Notes: a model not told the origin generated them from the sequence alone. A stretch of DNA of 64,000 nucleotides from an uncultured Clostridia bacterium (GCA_946407745.1 CAMJPQ010000002.1:21787-85786), one strand, 5' to 3'. Shown: positions 19,077 to 29,887, counted from the stretch's first letter. A program made the numbers and translations.

Positions 19077-21560
19077 TTATGAGACAATGGCATTACCGGT
19101 TTTCTCAACTGAGGTGACCACATCGTCCAGCACAGCCATCACCAGAGGGCTGCCTCGCCCAGTTCTGCTCTGCAGCGGGATTTCCTGGGCCTGGAGAACC
19201 GTCGGCAGGCTGCGCGCCTGCAGAAGAACCAGTTTCTGGTTCTTCTCTTTTTCATTGAGTAGGCAGGCACCGGCAAGCTGCTGACCGTTTGCGCCGGTCC
19301 GCGCGAAGGCCAGTGCACGGGTACCTTTGCCTCCCCGCCCCTGCTTTTCCATATCCATGGCCAGAACCCGCTTGCCATAGCCGCGTTCGGTAATGAGCAC
19401 AAGCTCATCCATGGCCCCAAGCTGGGCGGCAAAACACAGCTCATCTCCGGGCACCGTGTTCATGCCGCGCACACCACCGGCGATGCGGCCCTGAACGGAC
19501 ACTTCCTCCAGCGCAAAGCGCAGGGCAAGGCCGGTCTTTGTCATCAGCAGCACATCGTCGGCTGAGGTAAGAGGAATCACGCACAGCAGACGGTCACCTT
19601 TTTTCAGCTTCACAGCAGCTGTCTTCTTTGTCCTGATATTATACTCCGCGGCCTCTGTTCTTTTGACCTGGCCCTGCGCTGTGACGAACAGGAAATCCGG
19701 CTCGCCGTTCAGGCTGTCCATCGCCCCGCACCACAGCCACACGGGCACTTCATCTTCTTCCCAATCCTTGTTCAGACCGGTCAGCAGCTGGCCACGGTCT
19801 TTGGGCTTGCACTCGGTCAGCTGCGATACCCTGAGCTGATAGCAGTTGCCAAGGTTGGTGAAAATCAGCAGAGTTTCATCGGTTTTGGTATCGAAGCGGA
19901 ATAGCGGTGCCTCTTTTGTATCCTCCTGTACCGCGGGCAACGGTGTTTTTTTCAGCAGGGCGGGATTGATGCGCTTCAGCTGGCCTGCATGTGTATAGAT
20001 CACAACGGCATCCTCCGCTTCCGGCGCGGTATCAGCTTTGGTCAGAACGGTCTCTTCCACCTTCTCGATAGAGGTGCGCCTGGGGTCTGCATATTCCTGA
20101 GCAACCTGGCGAAGCTCTTCCGAGATGACCTCCATCAGCTTCTTTTCGCTGCCGAGTATGGCACGGAGCCTTTTGATCAGCTTCTGCAGCTCTTCATATT
20201 CTTTTTTCAGCGCCAGTATTTCAAGGTTTGTCAGCCGTTGCAGGCGCATATCCAGGATGGCCTGTGCCTGCGCTTCATCCAGCGAGAAGCGGTCCATCAG
20301 CCGGGTCCTGGCTTCCTTTGGATTCTTGCTCTGGCGAATGAGGGCGATCACCTCATCAAGGTGATCCACTGCGATCATCAGCCCTTCGAGAATGTGAGCG
20401 CGGGCTTCAGCCTGCTTCAGATCATACTGTGTGCGGCGGGTAACGACATTCTTCTGATGCTGTATAAAATAGACCAGCATCTGTTTCAGCCCCATTTGCA
20501 CCGGCTTGCCGTCAGCGATGGCTACCATGTTCACGCCGAAGGTGATTTGCAGATCGCTGTACTTGTACAGTGCGGCCAGCAGCTTATCGGTATCAGCGTC
20601 CCGCCGCGTTTCAATCACTGCGCGCAGGCCCTCTCGGTCGCTCTCGTCGCGAATATCATAAATGTCGTTGAAGACGCCCTTCTTCTCTTCTTTCAGCCGC
20701 TGAATCTTTTCCAGCATGGCGGCCTTGTTCACGCCGTAGGGCACATCGGTAATCACGATCAACTTTCTGCCCGCCGCAGCGTCCTCAAGATGCAGCCTGG
20801 CCCTGACCTGCAGCTTGGAACGTCCTGTTTCATACCCAAGTCTGATTTCGTCGTTGTCTACCAGCACACCGCCGGTAGGGAAATCCGGACCGGGAATGGT
20901 CTGCATCAGCTCTTCCAGACTGATTTCCGGATTCTCAATGACGGCGATGGCGGCACCGATCGCTTCGCCGAGGTTATGCGGAGGGATATTGGTTGCCAAT
21001 CCCACCGCGATGCCGTCCGCACCGTTGACCAGCAGGTTCGGAAACCTTGCCGGGAGCATATCCGGTTCCCGTAGGGTATCGTCAAAATTCAGGCGGAAGG
21101 GCACAGTGTCCTTCTCAATATCCCTGAGCATCTGCATGGCCAGGGGCGTCATCCGCGCCTCGGTATACCTCATGGCCGCCGCCCCGTCTCCGTCGATGGA
21201 GCCGAAGTTGCCGTGGCCGTCCACCATGGGTCCGCGCATCACAAAGCCCTGCGCCATGCGCACCAGCGCGCCGTATACTGAGGAGTCGCCGTGCGGATGG
21301 AATTTGCCCAGACAGTCGCCCACAATACGGGCGCACTTGCGGTGCGGTTTGTCCGGTGTGGTGCCCAGCTCCAGCATGGTATAGAGTATGCGCCGCTGCA
21401 CAGGCTTCAGGCCATCCTCCACGCGCGGCAAAGCACGTTCCAGAATAACATGCTCCGCGTACGGAATCATGGAGTTATGCATCACATCCTCCATGGTTGT
21501 GTCCAGAATGCGGGAGGGGTCGTCTTTGACAATGGGTCTGTCGTTCTGTTTTTTGGGCAT
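19077..21560 (-). CDS. parC: DNA topoisomerase IV subunit A (GyrA paralogue without a GyrA-box)
   Basis: 827 aa. Contains [12 protein letters not shown] and [11 protein letters not shown] found no QRRGGKG-type box in the C-terminal domain. Lies directly downstream of a GyrB/ParE-type gene. Confidence 0.75.
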   Translation of the reverse strand: MPKKQNDRPIVKDDPSRILDTTMEDVMHNSMIPYAEHVILERALPRVEDGLKPVQRRILYTMLELGTTPDKPHRKCARIVGDCLGKFHPHGDSSVYGALVRMAQGFVMRGPMVDGHGNFGSIDGDGAAAMRYTEARMTPLAMQMLRDIEKDTVPFRLNFDDTLREPDMLPARFPNLLVNGADGIAVGLATNIPPHNLGEAIGAAIAVIENPEISLEELMQTIPGPDFPTGGVLVDNDEIRLGYETGRSKLQVRARLHLEDAAAGRKLIVITDVPYGVNKAAMLEKIQRLKEEKKGVFNDIYDIRDESDREGLRAVIETRRDADTDKLLAALYKYSDLQITFGVNMVAIADGKPVQMGLKQMLVYFIQHQKNVVTRRTQYDLKQAEARAHILEGLMIAVDHLDEVIALIRQSKNPKEARTRLMDRFSLDEAQAQAILDMRLQRLTNLEILALKKEYEELQKLIKRLRAILGSEKKLMEVISEELRQVAQEYADPRRTSIEKVEETVLTKADTAPEAEDAVVIYTHAGQLKRINPALLKKTPLPAVQEDTKEAPLFRFDTKTDETLLIFTNLGNCYQLRVSQLTECKPKDRGQLLTGLNKDWEEDEVPVWLWCGAMDSLNGEPDFLFVTAQGQVKRTEAAEYNIRTKKTAAVKLKKGDRLLCVIPLTSADDVLLMTKTGLALRFALEEVSVQGRIAGGVRGMNTVPGDELCFAAQLGAMDELVLITERGYGKRVLAMDMEKQGRGGKGTRALAFARTGANGQQLAGACLLNEKEKNQKLVLLQARSLPTVLQAQEIPLQSRTGRGSPLVMAVLDDVVTSVEKTGNAIVS

Positions 21561-21566
21561 GCGCCG

Positions 21567-23543
21567 TTACTGCCTTTCCGCGGTTTCCATAACCGGCCCT
21601 TCAAAATTATCCTGCCGGTTGAAATCCGCGTATTCTGTGATATAGTCCCTTCTCGGTTCTACCTTGTCGCCCATCAGTATGGTCACCAGGCGGTCCGCCT
21701 GCGCGGCATCGTCAATGGTGACGCGGATCAGCTTCCGCATGGAGGGATCCATGGTCGTGGCCCACAGCTGCTCCGGGTTCATTTCGCCAAGGCCCTTGTA
21801 GCGCTGAAGGGTATAACCCTTGCCCACCTTTTTGATGGTCTTCTCCAGCTCCTTGTCGTCATAGGCGTAAATTACCTGGCTCCCCTTGGCCACGCGGTAG
21901 AGCGGCGGCATGCCAATATACACATGACCAGCGGTAATCAATTCCCGCATATACCGGAAGAAGAAGGTCAGCAAAATCGCGCGAATATGAGCGCCGTCCT
22001 GATCAGCGTCCGAAAGAATGATAACCTTGTGGTATTTGAGACTGTCCAGCTTGAAGCTGTCGTCAAAGGAGGTGCCCAAGGCGGTGATCAGCGAGCGGAA
22101 TTCCTCATTGCTCAGCACCTGATCCACACGCTTTTTTTCGACGTTCAGCGGCTTTCCGCGAAGCGGCAGGATAGCCTGGAAGCGGCTGTCTCTCCCCTGC
22201 TTGGCGCTGCCGCCGGCCGAATCACCCTCGACGATGAACAGCTCGTTATCCTCCGGCTTGCGGCCGCGGGCTGCCGCAAGCTTACCGACCAGCGGCGCCG
22301 CCTCCAGCGAGGCTGCCTTGCGAATGTTGTCGCGCGCTTTTCTTGAGGCCTCACGCGCCTGCGCGGCCTTGACTGCCTTGGCCACAATCATGCCGGCCAA
22401 TTCCGCGTTTTTCAGGTTGTCCAGCCAGTCGGTCAGCTTTTCGGTCACGATGGCTTCCACTGCCGGACGTACCTCACTGTTCCCGAGACGGCCTTTGGTC
22501 TGCCCTTCGAACTGCGGGTTTTTGACCATCGCGGTCAGTACACAGGTCAGGCCTTCACGGAAGTCCTCGCCTGTCAGGTTGTTGTCCTTTTCCTTCAGCA
22601 CGCCCGTTTTTCTGGCATAGTCGTTCATCACCCGGGTGAATGCCGTCTTGAAGCCGGTCTCATGGCTGCCGCCTTCCCCGGTGGGGATAGAATTGACGTA
22701 CGAAAACATGTTCTCGGTGTAATCGTCCGTGTACATGATGGCTGCGCGGCACACGGTGGTATCGCGCTTCCCCTCCAGATAGATGACGTCCGGGCTGAGC
22801 GGTGTCTTGGCGGAGGTCAGGTGCTTCACATAATCCACAATGCCGCCGTCATAGCAAAAGACCTGCTTCTGTTTTCCCGCATCCTTTACCCGTTCATCAA
22901 CAAAGGTGATCTGTACACCACGGTTCAGATAAGCCAGCTCCTCCAGCCGGCGGGCGACGGTTTCGCCGTTGAAGGTGACTGTCTCGAACACGGTGTCGTC
23001 AGGCAGAAAGCGCACCAGGGTGCCTTTTTTTCTCGTGTTGCCCACCAGCTGCAGCGGGCCGTCCGGCTTGCCGGCTTCCACCTTTTTTGTCTTCGGATCG
23101 TATTCAGATGTGAAGCGCATGCGGTAATGGCTCCAGTTTGTGAACACATCCACCGTCATCCAGCGGCTCAGTGCATTGACTACCGATGCGCCGACGCCGT
23201 GCAGACCGCCCGAGTATGCGTAATTCTCGTTGTTGAATTTGCCGCCCGCGTGCAGGCGGGTATAGATGACCTCCACGCCGGAGATATGAAGCTGCGGGTG
23301 CTCATCCACCGGCACGCCGCGTCCGTTGTCCCAAACAGAAGCCGAGCCGTCCTGATGCAATGTCACGGCGATCTCGGTGGCATAGCCGTTGCCGGCCTCA
23401 TCCATTGCGTTATCCACGATTTCCCACAGCAGGTGGTGCAGTCCTCTTGAAGATGTAGTACCAATATACATACCCGGGCGCATCCGAACCGCCTCCAGCC
23501 CTTCCAGCACCTGAATGCTGCCCGCGTCGTAGGTTCTTGCCAT
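21567..23543 (-). CDS. parE: DNA topoisomerase IV subunit B (type IIA ATPase/TOPRIM subunit)
   Basis: 658 aa. Contains GLHHLLWEIVDNAMDE, GGLHGVGASVVNALS, the EGDSAGGSAKQGRD TOPRIM motif and PLRGK. Confidence 0.75.
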   Translation of the reverse strand: MARTYDAGSIQVLEGLEAVRMRPGMYIGTTSSRGLHHLLWEIVDNAMDEAGNGYATEIAVTLHQDGSASVWDNGRGVPVDEHPQLHISGVEVIYTRLHAGGKFNNENYAYSGGLHGVGASVVNALSRWMTVDVFTNWSHYRMRFTSEYDPKTKKVEAGKPDGPLQLVGNTRKKGTLVRFLPDDTVFETVTFNGETVARRLEELAYLNRGVQITFVDERVKDAGKQKQVFCYDGGIVDYVKHLTSAKTPLSPDVIYLEGKRDTTVCRAAIMYTDDYTENMFSYVNSIPTGEGGSHETGFKTAFTRVMNDYARKTGVLKEKDNNLTGEDFREGLTCVLTAMVKNPQFEGQTKGRLGNSEVRPAVEAIVTEKLTDWLDNLKNAELAGMIVAKAVKAAQAREASRKARDNIRKAASLEAAPLVGKLAAARGRKPEDNELFIVEGDSAGGSAKQGRDSRFQAILPLRGKPLNVEKKRVDQVLSNEEFRSLITALGTSFDDSFKLDSLKYHKVIILSDADQDGAHIRAILLTFFFRYMRELITAGHVYIGMPPLYRVAKGSQVIYAYDDKELEKTIKKVGKGYTLQRYKGLGEMNPEQLWATTMDPSMRKLIRVTIDDAAQADRLVTILMGDKVEPRRDYITEYADFNRQDNFEGPVMETAERQ

Positions 23544-23619
23544 CTGATCTGTTCCTTCCCGTCAGTGTTCTCATTTCAGGTCGCTGATCCTGCCTCATCC
23601 AAGCAGGTACAACATTTAA

Positions 23620-23648
23620 ATTATACCATAAATAGCAGGGCCATTCAA
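23620..23648 (-). promoter_or_regulatory. Candidate parE-parC promoter
   Basis: The minus strand reads TTGAAT (23648-23643), 17-nt spacer, TATAAT (23625-23620), with a TG extended -10. Confidence 0.45.
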
Positions 23649-23801
23649 GAAGGATAAAAACATTTTGTTCGCATTTCATACAATAACTGTTCGCTTTTTT
23701 GCGTGAGATAACGGCTGCTCTCTTGCAAAACTTTCCCGGCTGTGCTACATTACTTTTCATTCCGGGTTATGCCGGAAACTGTTTTTTGGAGTTGAAATGC
23801 C

Positions 23802-26800
23802 GTGAAGACTTACCGCGCCGGCATTGATGTCGGCTCAACTACCGTGAAGCTTGCGCTGCTGGATGACAGCAGGCAGATTGTATACAGCGCTTATCGGCGA
23901 CACCTTTCCCATACGCAGGCCGCTCTGACTGAGCTGCTGCGTGACGCGCAGCGCCAGGTGGGCGACTGCAGCATCATTCCGGCAATCACTGGCTCTGGGT
24001 CCATTAATCTTTCAGCTGCGCTGGGCATCCCCTTTGTGCAGGAGGTTGTATGCGTAGCGTCCGCGCTGCAGTTCCAGGCGCCGCAGACAGATGTGGCCAT
24101 CGAGCTGGGCGGCGAAGACGCGAAGATCGTCTATTTTACCGGCGGACTGGAAGAAAGAATGAACGGCGTATGCGCTGGCGGCACCGGTTCCTTCATCGAC
24201 CAGATGGCCGCGCTGCTGCAGACAGACGCCGCCGGCCTCAACGAAGAGGCGGCGCACTATAAAGAAATTTACCCCATTGCAGCCCGATGCGGCGTATTCG
24301 CAAAGAGCGATATCCAGCCGCTCATCAATGAAGGCGCCACCAGGGCAGACCTCGCTGCCTCAATCTTTCAGGCTGTTGTCAATCAAACCATTTCAGGCCT
24401 GGCCTGCGGCAAGCCGATTCGCGGCTGTGTCGCCTTTCTCGGCGGACCGCTGCACTTTCTGCCTGAGCTGAAAAACGCCTTTGTGCGCACGCTGCATCTT
24501 ACGCCGGACAACATCGTGGCGCCTGAAAACGCACATCTGTTTGCGGCTATCGGTGCCGCTATGGAGGCACCGGAGGCAAAGTCCGTCTCCCTCGCTGACC
24601 TTGCTCAGCGGCTCTCGCAGGGCGTGCAGATGTCCTTTGAAATCAAGCGGCTCCCTCCCCTATTCTCTGATAAGGAGAGCTACTACGCCTTTCTGAAACG
24701 GCATCACGCTGCGGTGGTGAAAAAAGGGGACATTCGCACCTGCAGCGGAAACTGCTTTCTCGGAATCGACGCAGGCTCGACTACAACGAAGCTGGCCCTG
24801 ATCGGCGAGGAGGGTGAGCTGCTGTGGTCGTTTTACTCCGGCAATCAGGGCAGCCCGATCAAGACAGCTATCCGTGCTATTCACGAGCTTCGTCAGGTAC
24901 TGCCGGATAAGGCCCGCATTGCGCGTGCTTGCTCCACCGGCTACGGTGAGGGCCTGCTGCGCACCGCGTTTGCGCTGGAGGAGGGAGAAGTGGAAACGGT
25001 CGCGCACTGCACCGCCGCTGCCTTCTTCGACCCGGAGGTTGACTGTGTGCTGGATATCGGCGGACAGGATATGAAGTGCATCAAGCTGAAGAACCATTCT
25101 GTTGACACTGTGCTGCTGAATGAAGCCTGCTCCTCCGGCTGCGGCTCCTTCCTTGAAAACTTTGCCAACTCACTGGGCATGACGGCTGTCGCGTTTGCTC
25201 AGGAAGCGCTGTTCGCGCCAAACCCCGTTGACCTGGGTACCCGGTGTACCGTATTCATGAACAGCAACGTCAAGCAGGCGCAGAAGGAAGGAGCTTCCCT
25301 GCAGGATATTTCAGCCGGCCTTGCCTACTCTGTCATCAAAAACGCGCTGTACAAAGTCATCAAGCTGGCCGACGCAAAGGAGCTCGGCCGGCGCATTGTG
25401 GTGCAGGGCGGAACCTTTTACAACGAAGCTGTGCTGCGCGCTTTTGAGCAGATTGCCGGAACCGAGGCAATTTGTCCCGATATTGCGGGACTCATGGGCG
25501 CCTTTGGTGCTGCGCTGATCGCGCGTGAGCGCTGGAGCGGGCAACCGTCAACCATGCTGCCGCTGGATGAAATTGAGCATCTGACCTATTCCTCCAGCAC
25601 GGTCAGATGTGGCAGGTGTGCCAACAACTGCATGCTGACGGTGAACCGTTTCCCCGGAGGGCGGCGGCATATTACAGGAAACCGCTGTGAGAAGGGGCTT
25701 GGTAATGAGTCGGCGGAGAACAAAGCGCCGAACATGGTCGACTTCAAGCGGAAAAGGATGTTTGATTATCCTGCGCTGAAGGATGCGCCGCGCGGCAAAA
25801 TCGGTCTGCCGCGTGTGCTGAACATGTATGAAAACTATCCCTTTTGGGCGACCTTTTTCCGTGAGCTGGGCTTTGAGGTGGTACTTTCGCCCTTCTCGGA
25901 CCGCAGGATCTATGAGCTGGGCATGGAGACCATTCCGTCGGAATCGGAATGCTATCCCGCAAAGCTCTCCCACGGCCATGTCCAGTGGCTTATCAACCAG
26001 GGGCTTGACACTGTTTTCCATCCCTGCGTTTTTTATGAGCGTCAGGAGACCCCGGGGGCACAGAATCACTTTAACTGCCCCATTGTTGTCTCCTACCCGG
26101 AAAACCTGAAAAACAACATGGAGGCAGTGACTGAAGGTAATCTGCGGTACATTCGCCCCTTCATATCCATGTCGGATGAGCGGACCTGCGCGCGTCGGCT
26201 TGCGCAGGTATGCCAGAAGGAGTGGGGCATCACCCCTGCCGAGACAGCTTCCGCCGTAAAAAAAGCCTGGGCGGAACAGCTGCGCGCGAAAGAAGAGATA
26301 CGCAGGGAGGGGGAACGCCGCCTTCAGGAAATGCAGGCGGCTGGCCGGCAGGGAATTGTGCTGGCCGGACGGCCCTATCACATCGATCCGGAAATCAATC
26401 ACGGTATCCCGGAGATGATCGCTTCCTATGGCCTGTACGTCTTCACGGAAGACAGCCTGCCTGTCGGCTTCGAGCCATCCCGTCCGCTGCGTGTAAACGA
26501 TCAGTGGGTGTATCATTCAAGGCTGTATACTGCCGCCGAGTTTGTCGCAAGGCGGCCGGATCTTGAGCTGGTGCAGCTGAACTCCTTCGGCTGCGGCCTG
26601 GACGCAGTAACCACCGACCAGGTCAGCGAAATCCTCGAGAGCGCCGGAAAGCTTTATACCGTGCTGAAGATCGATGAGGTGAACAACCTGGGCGCAGCCC
26701 GTATACGTGTCCGCTCACTGATGGCCGCCATGCGAAAGCGGCAGGAGAGTCATGTGCCGATCAGGACCCCTGCCATCCCCTACCACCGAACCGAGTTCAC

Positions 26801-28028
26801 AAAAAAGATGCAAGAGGACGGCTTCACCATCCTGGCGCCGCAAATGAGCCCGATTCACTTTGAACTGCTGGAACCCATTTTCCGCAAATATGGCTATCAG
26901 CTGGAAATACTTAAAAACGATAATCGCTCAGCCATTGACACCGGATTGAAATTCGTGAACAACGATGCCTGCTATCCCTCCATTACCGTGGTGGGACAGT
27001 TCATGGAAGCAGTGCTCTCCGGCAGGTATGACACAAACCGGCTGGCCATTCTGATGACGCAGACAGGCGGCTGCTGCAGAGCAAGCAACTATGTGGGCTT
27101 TATCCGCCGCGCGCTGGACAAATGCGGCCTGGGCCATATACCGGTCATCTCTCTCAACGCCAACGGCATGGAGAAAAACGAGGGGTTCCGCGTGACCCTG
27201 CCTATGCTGTCCTCCGCCCTGAAGGCAGTGGTCTACGGAGACCTGCTGATGCGCTGCCTCTACCGTGTGCGCCCATACGAGGCGGAAGAAGGCGCGGCGA
27301 ACGAGCTGCACCGCAAATGGAAGGAAATCTGTATCTCTTCACTCACGCAGGCATCTTCGGAATGGAATTACGGACGCGTCTGCCGCGAGCTTGTTGCTGA
27401 TTTCGACACGCTGCCCCTGCGGGAAGGTGTCGTTAAGCCGAGGGTCGGCATTGTGGGTGAGATCCTTGTGAAATATATGCCGCTGGCCAACAATCACCTC
27501 GTGGACCTGCTTGAAAAGGAAGGCGCTGAGGCAGTTGTGCCTGACCTGATGGACTTTGGCAATTACTTTGTTTACAACGGCATCTACAAGCATGAGTACC
27601 TTGGCAAGCCCTGGACCTACGCGCTGGCCAGCCGTGCCGGTGTCCGCTTTATCCGTCGCATCCGCAGGCAGGCGATGGAGGCGCTCTCTGCCAGCCGCCG
27701 CTTTTCCCCGCCGGAGCCAATTGAAAAGATGGCAGAGCTGGCCAAGCCCTTCCTGTCGCTTGGAAACCAGTACGGTGAGGGGTGGTTCCTTACGGGAGAG
27801 ATGGCAGAGCTGCTGGAGAGCGGCGTCAACAATATCGTCTGTATACAGCCATTTGCCTGTCTTCCCAACCATGTGGTGGGCAAAGGCGTCATCAAGGTGC
27901 TGAAGGCAGCTTATCCGAAGGCAAACATTGTTGCCGTGGACTATGATCCCGGCGCCAGCGAGGTCAACCAGCTCAACCGCATCAAGCTGATGCTGCACAG
28001 CGCTAGGAAAGCGCTGGCTGCAACATGA
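23802..28028 (+). CDS. Fused double BcrAD/BadFG-type ATPase (CoA-enzyme activase) plus 2-hydroxyacyl-CoA-dehydratase-like domains
   Basis: 1408 aa. Two actin-fold ATPase modules (GIDVGSTTVK at the N-terminus, GIDAGSTTTK near residue 323). A Cys-rich linker (CGRCANNCMLT...NRCEKG). A long dehydratase-like C-terminal part. Confidence 0.75.
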   Translation: MKTYRAGIDVGSTTVKLALLDDSRQIVYSAYRRHLSHTQAALTELLRDAQRQVGDCSIIPAITGSGSINLSAALGIPFVQEVVCVASALQFQAPQTDVAIELGGEDAKIVYFTGGLEERMNGVCAGGTGSFIDQMAALLQTDAAGLNEEAAHYKEIYPIAARCGVFAKSDIQPLINEGATRADLAASIFQAVVNQTISGLACGKPIRGCVAFLGGPLHFLPELKNAFVRTLHLTPDNIVAPENAHLFAAIGAAMEAPEAKSVSLADLAQRLSQGVQMSFEIKRLPPLFSDKESYYAFLKRHHAAVVKKGDIRTCSGNCFLGIDAGSTTTKLALIGEEGELLWSFYSGNQGSPIKTAIRAIHELRQVLPDKARIARACSTGYGEGLLRTAFALEEGEVETVAHCTAAAFFDPEVDCVLDIGGQDMKCIKLKNHSVDTVLLNEACSSGCGSFLENFANSLGMTAVAFAQEALFAPNPVDLGTRCTVFMNSNVKQAQKEGASLQDISAGLAYSVIKNALYKVIKLADAKELGRRIVVQGGTFYNEAVLRAFEQIAGTEAICPDIAGLMGAFGAALIARERWSGQPSTMLPLDEIEHLTYSSSTVRCGRCANNCMLTVNRFPGGRRHITGNRCEKGLGNESAENKAPNMVDFKRKRMFDYPALKDAPRGKIGLPRVLNMYENYPFWATFFRELGFEVVLSPFSDRRIYELGMETIPSESECYPAKLSHGHVQWLINQGLDTVFHPCVFYERQETPGAQNHFNCPIVVSYPENLKNNMEAVTEGNLRYIRPFISMSDERTCARRLAQVCQKEWGITPAETASAVKKAWAEQLRAKEEIRREGERRLQEMQAAGRQGIVLAGRPYHIDPEINHGIPEMIASYGLYVFTEDSLPVGFEPSRPLRVNDQWVYHSRLYTAAEFVARRPDLELVQLNSFGCGLDAVTTDQVSEILESAGKLYTVLKIDEVNNLGAARIRVRSLMAAMRKRQESHVPIRTPAIPYHRTEFTKKMQEDGFTILAPQMSPIHFELLEPIFRKYGYQLEILKNDNRSAIDTGLKFVNNDACYPSITVVGQFMEAVLSGRYDTNRLAILMTQTGGCCRASNYVGFIRRALDKCGLGHIPVISLNANGMEKNEGFRVTLPMLSSALKAVVYGDLLMRCLYRVRPYEAEEGAANELHRKWKEICISSLTQASSEWNYGRVCRELVADFDTLPLREGVVKPRVGIVGEILVKYMPLANNHLVDLLEKEGAEAVVPDLMDFGNYFVYNGIYKHEYLGKPWTYALASRAGVRFIRRIRRQAMEALSASRRFSPPEPIEKMAELAKPFLSLGNQYGEGWFLTGEMAELLESGVNNIVCIQPFACLPNHVVGKGVIKVLKAAYPKANIVAVDYDPGASEVNQLNRIKLMLHSARKALAAT

Positions 28029-28029
28029 A

Positions 28030-28073
28030 AAAGCTCCTTCATCCGTTACAAATCATACGGATGAAGGAGCTTT
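28030..28073. terminator. Strong bidirectional terminator (17-bp perfect stem)
   Basis: AAAGCTCCTTCATCCGT (28030-28046) pairs with ACGGATGAAGGAGCTTT (28057-28073) around a 10-nt loop, between convergent genes. Confidence 0.7.
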
Positions 28074-28082
28074 CTTGCTGCC

Positions 28083-29699
28083 TCAGCCCCACAGCAAGGC
28101 AAGTGCGGGTACCATTTGCTTTTTGCGGGATACCACTCCGTCCAGGTACACCTGATTCTCGCCCACATCGCTGTTGATGAAGGCCTGGCGGATGATCTCC
28201 CTGTCACCTACGAACAGCAACTCTGTGCCCTCACGGAGTACGTCGGTAATCATCAGCAGCACCATGTGATAATCCTTCTTTTCCTGAAGAAGGCGCATGG
28301 CCTGAAGGAATTCGTCCTTGCGCTGAATCAGCTCCTGTGCGTCCATGGTCGTAATCTGGCTGATGCCGAGACGATGGTCTGCGATATGGAACTCTTTGAA
28401 GTCGGTATTGAGCAGTACTTCAGCGCTTTTTCCCGCAGTGTTGGCAGAGAACACCTCACGTCCGAGCGCGTCCAGGTCAATCCCGGCGATTCTGGCCAGC
28501 CTCTCGGCAATGCGGCGGTCCTTCGGCGTCGTGGTGGGCGACTTGAACATCACCGTATCGCTGACGATGGCTGCGCACATCAGTCCGGCCAGCTTTTCCC
28601 CGGGCATCAGGCCGTGCTCCTGAAACATGGTCGCGATGATCGTGTTGGTGGAGCCGACCGGCTCATTGCGCATAAAGACAGGATATCCTGTCTGCACATC
28701 CGCGAGACGGTGATGGTCGATCACCCCGACAAGCTCTGCCTGATCCAGCCCGGGTACACTCTGCCCCACTTCGTTGTGATCAACCAGCACAATGCGCTTG
28801 CGCCGCGGCTGCATGAGGTGATACCGGCTCAGCGTGCCAACCACCCGGTCATGCTCATCCAGCACAGGATAGCTGCGGAAACGGCTCTGCAGCACCGCCT
28901 CCTTTACGTCGTCCAGATAATCATCCAGATGGAAGCAAACGACTTCCTTTGATGTAGCAATGCGTGCCACCGGTGTGGCCTGATAGAGCAGCCTGGCCGC
29001 ACGCCACACATCCAGCGGGGTGGCAATGACACAGGTGGACGAGCTCAGCCCCAGGTAATGCTGCGCCAGATCGCTCTGGCAGAGGATGATGCAGTTGGCC
29101 TTTTTCTCAAGCGCACGCTGAACCACATCCTCCTGTTCGCCGCATAGCACCACTGCTCCTTCCTTCAGCCCACGAAGCACCTCGCCGGGGGTTGGCAGCG
29201 CAATGGTCACTTCGCCGGAGATGCTGTCGAACACGTCCTCTTCACGGTTGAGGATCTGCCCTTCCAGCGCGGAAAGCACATTGTAGATGGGGGCATCCTC
29301 CAATACCGGATTCTGGATGGCGCGCATGTCGCTTTCAGCCACACCGCCCGCAGTCACCAGGCCGTAGAGCGTGCCGTCTTCATTGGTCACAGGCAATGCA
29401 CTGAGGCTCGGATGCTCCTGCATCAGGTGCCAGGCGTGACTGACAGGTACGCTGATGCCCAGCTGCGGCGGACGGTCAAAATCAATGTCGCGCACCTGCG
29501 TCCGTACATCCACGATCCGCTGCGGCGCTTCAAAGCCAAACTTTTTCAGCAGAAAGCCTGTTTCGTCATTCACGTGTCCAATGCGCACCGGCACATAACC
29601 GTTATCTCCTAGCATGTTGCATAGACTGGCATAGCTCATGGCCGCAACAATTGCGTCTGTGTCCGGATTCCTGTGCCCGCATACATAAGTGGTGCTCAT
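28083..29699 (-). CDS. ppaC: Family II (DHH/DHHA2) inorganic pyrophosphatase with a CBS-domain insert
   Basis: Contains GHRNPDTDAI, VDHNE and IDHHRL motifs, with an approximately 250-aa insert between the DHH motifs. The start is set at ATG (MSTTYV), 6 nt after GGAGG. Confidence 0.75.
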   Translation of the reverse strand: MSTTYVCGHRNPDTDAIVAAMSYASLCNMLGDNGYVPVRIGHVNDETGFLLKKFGFEAPQRIVDVRTQVRDIDFDRPPQLGISVPVSHAWHLMQEHPSLSALPVTNEDGTLYGLVTAGGVAESDMRAIQNPVLEDAPIYNVLSALEGQILNREEDVFDSISGEVTIALPTPGEVLRGLKEGAVVLCGEQEDVVQRALEKKANCIILCQSDLAQHYLGLSSSTCVIATPLDVWRAARLLYQATPVARIATSKEVVCFHLDDYLDDVKEAVLQSRFRSYPVLDEHDRVVGTLSRYHLMQPRRKRIVLVDHNEVGQSVPGLDQAELVGVIDHHRLADVQTGYPVFMRNEPVGSTNTIIATMFQEHGLMPGEKLAGLMCAAIVSDTVMFKSPTTTPKDRRIAERLARIAGIDLDALGREVFSANTAGKSAEVLLNTDFKEFHIADHRLGISQITTMDAQELIQRKDEFLQAMRLLQEKKDYHMVLLMITDVLREGTELLFVGDREIIRQAFINSDVGENQVYLDGVVSRKKQMVPALALLWG

Positions 29700-29887
29700 A
29701 AACGATCCTCCATTGATCACTTTATGTCATTGTAACATTATTCGTCAAGAAAAGCAACTGCACAGACAGCTTCTATCAAATGAATGCGAGTCCTGAAATA
29801 AAATTGTAACATTCTCTTTACGAGCAGCGGGTTTTGCGGTAGAATATATCTGGTTGTTTATCTTTATAAAGATATGAGGTGCGCGCC

